Source: Massalongia carnosa
Taxonomy: Eukaryota
Assembly (NCBI GenBank): GCA_965645245.1
Contig: OZ287069.1
Span: 2,542,001 to 2,606,000, forward strand
DNA length: 64,000 nt
Direction of reading: 5' to 3'
The notes below the pieces were generated by a model. The model did no database searches. It was not told the DNA's origin and saw only the letters and a program-made list of their open reading frames with translations. The position numbers and the translations under genes were made by a program. Positions 1-10,179 of this stretch are shown one piece after another. The first letter of the stretch is position 1; every line of letters starts with the position of its first letter.

Positions 1-1044
1 CGCTGGCTGCCAGCAATTTGCTATAGGGGACAAATCAGGTGATGAGGCACAATTGAAATAATGCTCTAAATGATGATCTTCCTTCCATTTCTTGACGGCA
101 TTTCTTGTCTTGCCCGTGCCATGACCAGAGTCTCCATCTTCTTCAAGTACGAAGTCATCCCCACGCTCCAGCCAGGGCTTGACGACGGGGTCAAGAACGG
201 ATTCAATATACACCTGATGAGTCAATTTACCATTGCTGTTGCCCGGCACGTTATAAAAGATAATATCCGACTTGAAATTGTAGCCAATGCAGCCCAGCAA
301 TGTTTTCGTTTTCGATCTTTCTCAGGAGGCGGGTCACGATGCTGTATGCAATCCCAACGATATCGTGTTCCGGGCTGACGAATGATTCGTAACTGTCCTT
401 CCGGCCCATATCCAAAATGAATCTCATCACTAAATCGTACGCGATCCCATTGCTCCGGTTTGGGATATCTGGTCAGCATCATGTGAGCAAATTCGACCCG
501 TCTTTCCATAGGTGGGTCGGCCAGCCATCCCTTGACGCAGGCCAGACATTTCTCATAGTTTAGAGCAGCCGACATAACATTGTGCATTGTACGACCGACA
601 ACGTCGGCCCCAATCTCCATAGCCAATTGTTCCCATGTGTATCGTTTTCCTTCCAACTGTAGCCCCTCATCTTGTAGAATGTGATCTGCCTCCTGTATTT
701 GTGCTTCCGTGACTTTTGATTTGCGACCCCGTGTCTCAACGAGCGTTGAATGATGTCTTCTTCTAGAAGAAGCTCCGTTTCGAATGATCTTATAGCCCTG
801 TCTCTCGCTTTGAATGGCAAAATGTTGAAAAATCTTTCGAGGATCGATGGAAATGCCTTTTGCAAGAAGAAATTCATAAGTTCCCTGCACCTTGGCCTTT
901 TGAGGTGTATCGTAGTGGGATGGCATTTGAATGAGGAAGAAGATGGGGAAGAAAAAGGGGAAGAAAAGGGGTAAGTTTTGGTGGGGGAGTTTCAGCTCAC
1001 CTTGCCCATTTTTTTTCACCCGCGTGGCATCGTGAGCGAAGGAG
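1..1044 (-). mobile_element. Tc1/mariner-superfamily DNA transposon, decayed, running off the left window edge
   Basis: The minus-strand transposase starts at ATG 926 (MPSHYDTPQKAKVQG) and includes VRFSDEIHFG. After a 1-nt frameshift near 288 it continues [15 protein letters not shown]...[11 protein letters not shown]...[14 protein letters not shown], which are Tc1-type DDE motifs. The putative terminus CTCCTTCGCTCACG abuts a TA at 1045-1046; the other TIR is outside the window. Confidence 0.85.
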
Positions 1045-1201
1045 TACATGGAACATGAGCCAACACTGCATTTGATGCTGATACACCGAGCAGTAGCATG
1101 ATTATCGATGGTAGTTAACCAGCGCCCTCTTATCTACAAGCGACCGGCGTTTCCCCTCCAAGATTCCGTCTCAATGAACCTTTTCTCCGAGGATATCAAG
1201 T

Positions 1202-1311
1202 CCGCCAGAAACCGGAAGATCCCGCTACTGATGATATTATGTTACTATTATTACTACCTAGAAACAACAAGACCCAAAGGGATCGTAATTCCGTCCTTCC
1301 GCAATATCCCG
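1202..1311. promoter_or_regulatory. Three CCG-N7-CCG (= CGG-N7-CGG, AIM-type) Zn2Cys6 binding sites upstream of AOX
   Basis: CCGccagaaaCCG 1202-1214, CCGgaagatcCCG 1212-1224 and CCGcaatatcCCG 1299-1311. These match the known AOD2/AOD5 (AcuK/AcuM) site and lie upstream of an AOX gene. Confidence 0.7.
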
Positions 1312-1645
1312 AACCACCCGGGAAGTCCCTGTGTTCGGTGATCCGTTTCGGGAAAACCTACTTAGGGCATTCAACTTTACTTGTTCGTAGCTATTTCTGT
1401 GTTTTTCCTTGCTCCGTGATTGGTGTCTTGTCCACTTGCCACAGGGTATGCGAATTATAATCGTCGTCTTTTTTAGAACGCCTTCATCATGAATCATACA
1501 TAAGCTGCCCCGCTGGACACCTCAGGATATCATTTCTTTGTTCGCAATCCGCAGTCAAGCAACAAACTTCATCTCTTCCAAGTCAAAGATTGGAAACACT
1601 TCCCTAAAACTTATTCAGCAGAATCCTCAGTCATCTGTTCCGACG

Positions 1646-2887
1646 ATGTACGCATCGACAAGACCAACGGCCATGTCCATGACAAGAGCTACAAAGCTGT
1701 CTCAATCCATCCAAACAATCCTAGATAGCTCAAAAACTCCCCTAATCAGACCTTACACTAGCCATCTTCTTCAACTACATATAATTTCTCCTAGACGACG
1801 ATTCACATCAACTCCCCGAACACAGCTCAAAGAATATTTCCCACCACCTAAAAATGCACCAAATATCAAGCTCACTGGTCCTGCATGGCATCATCCTGTG
1901 TAAGTTGCGTTTTCTGACCATGTGAAAACTTTGGTTGGCCTCGGATGCTTAATCTCGATTTTCAAGTCTCTTTTTGCGTACATCGCTAATTATTTTAGCT
2001 ACACAGAAGAACAGATGAATGCAATCACGGTAGCTCAGCGCGAAACCCAAAATTTGGCTGACAAGGTCGCCCTTGGGATGGTAAAACTTTTACGGTTCGG
2101 GATGGATACCGCCACCGGATACAGTCATGCAAAGGAGGCTGCGAAGAGAGCAACAGATCCCGCACCTGCTCCAGAGAAGCCGGGTTGGTTTTCCATGACA
2201 GAGCGCAAGTGGCTCATCAGATTCCTTTTCCTAGAAAGCGTGGCGGGTGTACCCGGCATGGTCGGTGCTTCTGTACGCCATTTACATAGCTTGCGACGGT
2301 TGAAGCGTGATAACGGATGGCAAGTCGACCCCTTGGTTTGCGGATCTTTTTTTGCTGTGCTGATCCTTATACACAGGATTGAGACTCTTCTGGAGGAAGC
2401 CTACAACGAACGTATGCATCTTCTGACCTTCATGAAAATGGCCGAACCTGGCCGATTCATGAAATTCATGATACTTGCGGCGCAGGGAGTCTTCTACAAT
2501 GGCATGTTCTTGTCATATCTGCTGTCCCCTCGTATCTGCCATCGATTCGTGGGACATCTCGAGGAAGAGGCTGTGCTTACATACACACGGGCTATCGCTG
2601 ATCTAGATGCTGGGAAGCTACCCAAGTGGGAGAACTTGGAAGCCCCCGAGATTGCCGTTAGATACTGGAATATGCCAGAGGGTAACCGGAAAATGCGGGA
2701 TCTTTTGTTATACATCCGAGCTGATGAAGCTAAGCACCGTGAGGTCAACCACACGCTGGGGAATCTCGAACAAAAGGACGATCCCAACCCGTTTATAAGC
2801 GACTACAAAGACCCTAGTAAGCTTCACCCCAGCAAAGGAATCGAAAACATCAAACCGACAGGGTGGGAGAGGGAGGAGGTGGTTTGA
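1646..2887 (+). CDS. aox: Mitochondrial alternative oxidase; exons 1646-1899, 1999-2319, 2377-2887
   Basis: Motifs [58 protein letters not shown]; Arg/Ser/Thr-rich N-terminal targeting peptide. Intron 1 is GT-AG and intron 2 is GC-AG. Confidence 0.97.
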
Positions 2888-3698
2888 GACGAACAGGCAA
2901 TACTTTTTATTGATTGGCGCTTCAGCGGGATGGCGTTCAGGAATTACTCAACTCTTCACAAAGAATGAACAGTACGATAAAGGGTAGGCAGGCGTTTGAA
3001 CCTGATGTGTACGCTCTGGGGATGCGGCGCCAACAGGTTCCGTTATTCTCCATTTAGAAGACGATTAGCAACTGAAACCCAATGCGCATACCATTACCAT
3101 TTGTGACAATCGAAATCTAACGCGGTGAGTGTCCTCGATTCGATACCCTCGCATCCACCTACATACCTACCCACATCTTATATACACCATCATCAAGTTA
3201 ACAGTGGAAGGATGAATCGGGCAGGGAAGCGGGGGAATATAGAAAAGAAAGCCAGCAACGCCAGTATGGCAACGGTGAGGGAAGCTGCTTGGTAGGGGGA
3301 GGCGGAAAAGGACAAAATCCATGACCCCTCTACCCCACCTAGACTCGAGCCTAATCGATAAGGGTTAGAGCGGCTAAACAAGACCGAGACAGCTGGAAAG
3401 CTAAGGTCGAGTCCGAACTACCCAACCTGCTCACAACCTTTCCACACTCGCAACATCAGTTTACACATCATCCGAATACCCTTCCACTTACTTATGTGAT
3501 TAAACTCTTCTTTTGTCCACTCCGCAGCTTCAATCATCAATCAATTGCATTTTTACCAATCGTTGATCGAAGCTGTATTGCTTTTTATCTTGTTGTGTTC
3601 ATCTATCCTTTGAACCATCTCCACTGGTTGCGTTACCGATTTGTAGTGGCTTCGTCTCTTTATTTTTGTCCTGCCGATCGACCTGAACGCGCCAGGCC

Positions 3699-5273
3699 AT
3701 GCCACCGAGATCTTCGCTGACAAGTTCATTTTCCACCTCGGACGCCAATAACGAGGTCGTGTGTCCCTTGTTTAATCACGATGGCTCTAACTGTCGGAAA
3801 CGTTGTGTTGGTGTGAGTTCTCTCGTTCCGGAACCACGAAATATCGGACTACCCGCTCCTCGTACGCTTGGTACGGATGGGTAACAGTCGATTGAGCTTT
3901 AGGAAAAGCGATACCGCTCCATGCAAGAGCATATACGAAGGGCACATCCGGAACACTACATCCCCAAGCTTCCTGCCACCGAGGAGAGCTTCCAGCTCAT
4001 GATCAACACCCCGCCGTCCGAGAGAGCTCCGCCGCCACCTCCGAGCCAGCCCGTGAGAAATTCTGGTATGGTAATCATGTACCCGGCTAACCGATATAAC
4101 TGATTAAGATAGCGTATGGTCATGATAGAGACGCCTACACCGCCAATCATAGCTCTCCTGCACCGCCCAGAATTTTTGAAGATCAATACCCAGCAGCAGC
4201 CACTGCTGCGGTTGCTCTAGCTCAGCTCCACAGCTCAAAACCGGATTCGGACTGGGAATCGGAAGGGGTGAGAACCGCGATCCAGTTCCTTCAGCACAGC
4301 TGATGCGCTGACGAAAAAATCGTGTTTTACAGGACTATGTTTCAGAGAAGGAGAAAGAGACCAACCAGCCACGCATGCGCTCCTCCGTTGAGCTGCCACC
4401 AATACGTAACCACATCAGCCATGAGTCAATACCTCCATTCCAATCCCCCAGACCGCGAGAGCTCCTCCCATCTATGCTAGCTCGATCACCAACAGCCCGT
4501 TCGTCAACACTTCCTCCCATACAACGAAGAGAAAAGCCCACAAGGCCCCGAAAATCATCGATAACGCAAAATACCCGAAAGATTAAGCATGATCGCACCA
4601 AGTCTAGAGAACATGTAAAAAGACTCAGCGTCGAAGGGAGGAAGGCTTTCTCTGCCGAACCTCAAAGTGCTGCAACAATGATGGGCAAGCGATGGGAGGA
4701 ACTGATCGAAGCCGCCACATCTGCCACGGAAGCCGACTCGGACCGGGACATGACACCTGTACGCTTTCCTCGAATCTATTTGCCATATCGCTGCTGATAC
4801 CTATGCCCCCTTGTCAACAGATCCCATATTCTCCCTCCTCGGGCAACAAACGAACCTCTCTGCCACCATTTCCGTCGTCCGTAACGCACTTCGACCCTTA
4901 TAAGGCCTCCCCGCTTCAACACGCCCTCACCCCACCACCCCCAAGCCGTTCTCCCCGAGATCCTTTCCCGTCAGTTGAGTCCTCGGTCGAGTCCTCCTCC
5001 GCCGCCGGTCACACTTTCCATATCCCGCCTTCGGGCCTCTCTTTCTCGGACGCGAGCACGTCACCTACCTTCCCGCAACCCGTACGGATCTACTGCGCGG
5101 GCTGCAGGAGGGTCACCGTGCTACGGGAAAGTTATGCGTGCACGGAGTGCATCAGCGGGTTCTGTAGCGATTGTGTTTATGCGCTTAGCAGCGAACAACA
5201 TCGCGGGCGGCCATGTCCGCGGTGCCTTGTATTAGGAAATCGATACAAGGCTTTTCAATTGGATTTCCGATGA
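3699..5273 (+). CDS. Conserved fungal protein with an N-terminal C2H2-like module and a C-terminal RING-like Zn finger (5 exons)
   Basis: Splicing joins VVCPLFNHDGSNCRKRCVG|EKRYRSMQEHIRRAHPEHY, then AAVALAQLH and KRWEELIEAATSA. The C-terminus is CAGC...CTECISGFCSDC...CPRC. Canonical GT-AG introns link the ORF pieces. Confidence 0.8.
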
Positions 5274-6110
5274 ATGTGTTCAACGAGGGAAGATATTTTG
5301 CGATGGAGGCATTGGCGCTTTCATCGGGGACTTCAACCGCTATGCTACACAAGCAAAACATCAAGATCGGTCTGACTGAGAAGGGGAAGGGGTTTTTCCT
5401 TTAGCGTTTCGTTGCTTTATCATGATACCACTTGAAAAGGACTCTTGAGGCGTTCGGCCCTTTTCCTGTTCCTCAACAGAATCGTTTCTTGGACAACATC
5501 CTCCTTTCGTTACAAGACGTTATGAACATAGGGTTTTGGGAGGACAGTCCAATCACCTTTTTAGATGTCGGAATTTTTTGCAATAATAACAAAGATCGGG
5601 GAAACGACCGAATGAGAATATGGGACTTTTTAAAAAGTAGGCTTTTGGATAATGGTGGAGGGGGCATTGCACGGGCGGGGGATGCGCGGGAAACGATCAT
5701 CTCCTATCCCTTCCTACCGGCTGGTTGCAAGTTCCTGTTCTTCTTTCTGTTCTTTCTTGTATAGGTAGGGAGGGTTAGGTAAGTACCGCGCGAAGGGAAG
5801 GACGGCTGGCAAAAGATAGGTTATCACTCATCCCCTTGCCGGTTTGCTCAAGATAACCCTCGGAACACTTCTTACAATATACATTTTCGGCTATTCCTCT
5901 AGACGTATCCAGTTAGACTACGTTGCAAGGGTAATGCTCGGCGAGGATGATATGTTCAACGAGATGAAGGGAACGGGGGCGTAGGACGTGGGGCGTGTGG
6001 ATATGATGTCGCTTGGGGGGAGAAGGGGGGGTTGACGCGCGGTGTAGCAAGAGGTTTGGGTCTTTGGGTTCAAGACAAGTTTTTAAAGATGTGGAAGATT
6101 GACGTCCGCC

Positions 6111-6168
6111 CCTCCTTCTCCCCTCCGTCCCCTCCCCCTCCCCCTCCCCCTCCCCCTCCCCTTCCCCC
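6111..6168. repeat. (CCCCCT)n / (GAGGGG)n low-complexity tract immediately 3' of the F-box gene
   Basis: Read directly: cctccttctcccctccgtcccctccccctcccctccccctccccctccccttccccc. Confidence 0.85.
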
Positions 6169-6171
6169 GCG

Positions 6172-7861
6172 CTACTCCCACCCACCCCCATAGCTTCCCA
6201 CCCGGCTCCAAAAAAAGGCCCGGTCGTTGCGGAGCCCGAACTCGGCCCAGTCATCGGTGAGCTTGTTCCAGCTCCAGAAACCCCTCCAGGCCAGCTTGTT
6301 GTTCTTGACGGCGCCAGGGCCGCGGCCCGCGCTGCGTAGCGCGAACTGCATTTTGTATACGTATTTGTCTGCGTCGACGCCTTGCGTTTCGATATCGACG
6401 GTCCCTTCCGGCTCCACTGCCACGGGTGCGAACGATGGTGGTGATGATGTTGCGGGAATCGATGATGAGATCGTGGTCGTGATGGTTGCGCTTTTAGTTG
6501 TCGTGCTTGTTGAAGAGGAAGTATCCGGCCCGCTGAGTTTCCACCGGCCGCGGAGGGCGTGGTTCATGACGGCGGAGGGGAGCCCGCCGGCGTGGTGGGT
6601 GTGCAGGTGCTCTTTGCGGAGGTGGTGGACCACGTCGGCGGGCTCCGTCGTGGTGAGCAGCGAGATACAGGCGCCGTCGCGGAAAAAGCGCAGGTAGCGG
6701 TAGTAGGTCACGACGTGCACAGGTGTGTTCCAGGAAACCTGCGACGGCGTGGAGGCGCCGGGGCGTATGTAATTGACTGTGCTGATATAACAGCCGCCAA
6801 AGCGCAAGCGGGGGCGGTGGTGGAACATGGTTTTGTAGTTTGGGTAGGCGGGGGTCAGCGCAAAGGTGAGAGCTAAGGGGGAGGGAGAGGGGGAAGAGGC
6901 TGACGAAGGGAGTTCATCGATGGGGGGAAAAGAGTTGTCTTCCAGGTAGGGCAAAGGGTCTCCTGAAATTGAGCATTTCCAGTTGTAGTGCATGGCGCCA
7001 AAACCTTGCTCGATACCTAAGCACACGCGCCTCCAGATCTGATCTTCGGTTGCGACGAGGTAGGCGAAGCATTTACAGACGAGGGAGAGGCGCGCAAACG
7101 AGGCGACATCGGCGATGGCGGTACGCTCAAGGATCTCGATAAGCAACTCGGACGGAATGGTTGAGATCGGGCATAGGGGTGATGGGGATTGGTCAGTTAA
7201 CGCGGGGGCAGCGGAAATCGACAAGGAAGAGAAAGAAGTGATGAGCTCGGGGACAAGAGGTTGTAGGGGCCCGTCTAGGGAATGGTGAGCTGGGTTCGGA
7301 ACTGTAACGGGCGCATTGGAGGGATTTGGGCCAGGGATTTTCGATTTGGAAGAGGATGGTGGAAAATGTTTGGTTCTGTAGAATTTGTCTACGCCCGAGT
7401 CAAGCTACCTTTCTGTCAGCATATTTTCATCTTGAAAACCCGAGACTTAGTCGCACCCTGTATGCCTTCCTGTATAGCTTTAAACTGTCACCAAGGTTCC
7501 CTTCTGATTCTTTTTCTACCGCCTTCTCATAGTGCTCCAGCGCCGAACTAGGTACGTGAGACGCATAAGTGCTCGGGTGTATCCTTCCGCCTTCTTCGCC
7601 TGGTTTCCGCGCTTCGTCCTTGTCCTCTAAATCGTAGTATCTCTGTGATCCAACGCCCCCATAAGCTTCGTTTTCGTCGTTCGATACACCTGGATGAGGC
7701 AAGGGTTGAGACTCGGTATTACTATTTTCTCGTTTAGGCGGGCCTAGGGGCTTGCCAAGGTTCTTGTCCCATCTAGAGGATGAGCCTTTAGAGCGCGCCG
7801 TGACTTCCTCCTGCCATTGTTTACGGAAGCTTTCGAGTTCTGGATTCACCTCTTCAGCCAT
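6172..7861 (-). CDS. hrt3: F-box protein of the Hrt3/Pof7/FBXO9 family; intron 7405-7456
   Basis: N-terminal ELESFRKQWQEEV and ALEHYEKAVEKESEGNLGDSLKLYRKAYR|LDSGVD; F-box IPSELLIEIL...LSLVCK; family motif RPRLRFGGCYIS...VTYYRYLRFFRDG. Confidence 0.9.
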
Positions 7862-9702
7862 TTTCGTTGGAGTAACAATAAGCCCACTCGCTAACGTTTA
7901 GACAAGGTCCTCAAAAGACAGCGCAAACCCTCCAGCGACCATAAAATGCTGGACTGAATTCAATGTGAGTTGAGGAAAATACAAAATCGGGGATGGAAGA
8001 AGGCATTACTCATCGACTATCAAGATGACACCAAAATCCATGCATCATCGTGCATGGACCTAGTGAGAGAAGAAAGGTACTACTAACTAGCGGAAAAGGG
8101 CGCTATACTCTGTGCATACAAGGTTTCATCGCTGAGTAGTTCACCATTAACTGGTGCCTTTTGAAAGCGCAAGAGGAGGCTTCATCGACTTCACCTAGAT
8201 CATTCTATGTACTTCAACTAATTGTAGGCTTCATTGATGTTGGTGGATCAGCTGATTAAAACACATTTTGATCATATTAACCGAACATGAACACTATGTT
8301 CCAAGAACCTTGAAGTTGTCTATTTGTTTTGATAGACAACATTTCCATTTTATGGCCACTTTAACGGCCGTCAACCTCGCTCATGGGACGTTCTATGACT
8401 TTTCAGCAGCTTCATCTCTCGTACACTAGCGTCCTATCTTTCCAAAGTGTAAGTTGATACTAAAAGCGTGGGCAAGCAGAATTCGTTCCGGAAGCCTATT
8501 TCATACATAGGTCCTAAGGGCACTCCTTACGTTGAACTTATATTGAGACATGTCGGCAACTGGAGGGGCTGTAGATAATCCACTATGACTCCATCGTGAA
8601 GGCTTTTTTTTGTTTAGTCTTCAAATCTCTCCTTTAGAAACATTTTTCCTTCAAAGCTGCAACGTGCTAACCCTAGATGCGTCTATTTCAGCTATGAACG
8701 CTTTTGCTTCCTTGAAGAAATAGTTAAAGCGAGGGATTACCTGTGCAGGTTAAAGTCCTTGTCCTAAGATGTATGGCTTCTTTGAAATAAAATTGGGAAC
8801 ATTGCTGGAGATACTTCTTCTTCGCGCTCTTCACCCCAATTTCAGCTTATGCCATTAGGCTTGACACCTCCTGTTTTTTGACGCAAAATCAATGTGGTTT
8901 CAACTATTTCCTGCAGGTCACCTAGAATCTGCAAGGTGGACCACCCGGAATTCATGCTGCAATAACAGCCAGGAAGATTATGATATACATCATTGAAAAC
9001 ATCGGCTTTGAGGACACGATGGCGAGCACAAAGATGCTCGTCGGGTTGTGAGGCAAGTAAATAGCAGTGCCCGGCGGCCTGCCACCCTAACTAAAACACA
9101 AGTAGAAGGACCTATAGATTGCTATGGAGGTTTGTAATTTTCCTAAGCCTAATTATTTTAGCCTACTCATCTCGCTTATGAAAAGGACGGCGAGTCAAAC
9201 ATTTCTTTGCCAGATCCCGGCTTTCTGATTAAATACTATAGGTCTCGCCTATGGTGCTGCGGTATACCTGTCTATCCACGAATAGCCCCTGGGGTTCGAA
9301 AAGAGCAGAGGAGATGATCGACGATATACTCGTAATGGTTCAGGTGCCATGGGAATATCTATATATTCTAAAGGCTTAGAGCGATTGTCAGGCGTTGTTA
9401 ACGCAGGAAGGTTTTGATGTAAGTAAATATACTTTTATATTTCTTATGAAGCGTGGCTTGACCCTTTCAATGTTCACGATTAAACCTAAACATCCACATC
9501 TTCCAGCTAAGTTTTCAGAAGAAAACATAATAGATTTAATAAGAAGAAAGGATTTCATTTGGTTTCCTCTGCCTTGTTTAACCCTTTCGCTACTTCTAAA
9601 GAAACTCAATTCCTAAATTGTGCCTAGCAGCTGCAACCTTTCGGATTGAATGCTCCTTGTCAATAAGAAGTTGCCCCTTTCAGAATATCATTGCATACAC
9701 AC

Positions 9703-10179
9703 TCAGCCTTCACAAGTGTAAAGAGCGCTCCTTGCATCGAATGTTTTAGCATCAGGTAACGCAACGCTGCGACACTTCCGAGGGTGCTCATCCAGCTGAG
9801 GGTCCAAAATGGACTGTTTGGTACAGCCGGCACCAGCGTAAATGAAAAGATAGCAGTCTGGTGCGTCAGGATCTGACTTGGGTTTAAACACCCGATAACT
9901 CTCGAAAACCGGTATGTTGACGCAATCTCCCAAGGGAACGTTAGTGCCGTTATGGTGGTGAGCGCCGCCTCGGGCTCCATGGCTTCCGGCGCCGCCGGTA
10001 CAGCTAGCGGATTTATGGGTCCATAGTGTGAGAGGGGGAACAACGATGCCGGTGGCGGTGACGGTAGATATAGCAGAGAGGGCTGTCACCAAGGCTAGTA
10101 GTATCTGGACTCCAAGATGAGGTTAACTGCATATGGACGGCTGATTAGATATAGGTCTTACCTTTGGCTGGATTTGCAT
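9703..10179 (-). CDS. Small secreted cysteine-rich protein (~139 aa, 6 Cys); exons 10179-10162 and 10104-9703
   Basis: ATG CAA ATC CAG CCA AAG|GTAAGA...TTAAC...TCCAG|ATA CTA CTA GCC TTG splices in frame onto ORF 9703-10092. This gives the signal-peptide-like MQIQPKILLALVTALSAISTVTA followed by six spaced Cys. Confidence 0.75.

Noticed and set aside
1900..1998. Spliceosomal twin intron in AOX intron 1 (also acylphosphatase intron 12786-12914)
   Set aside because: Internal branch/AG signals exist, but removing an inner intron does not rebuild a valid outer donor in the right phase.
8667..8675. CTAACCCTA as a telomerase RNA template (similar 8-9-mers near 5771, 22193, 41705)
   Set aside because: A few such matches are expected by chance in 64 kb, and I could not identify a pseudoknot or P6/P6.1 domain.
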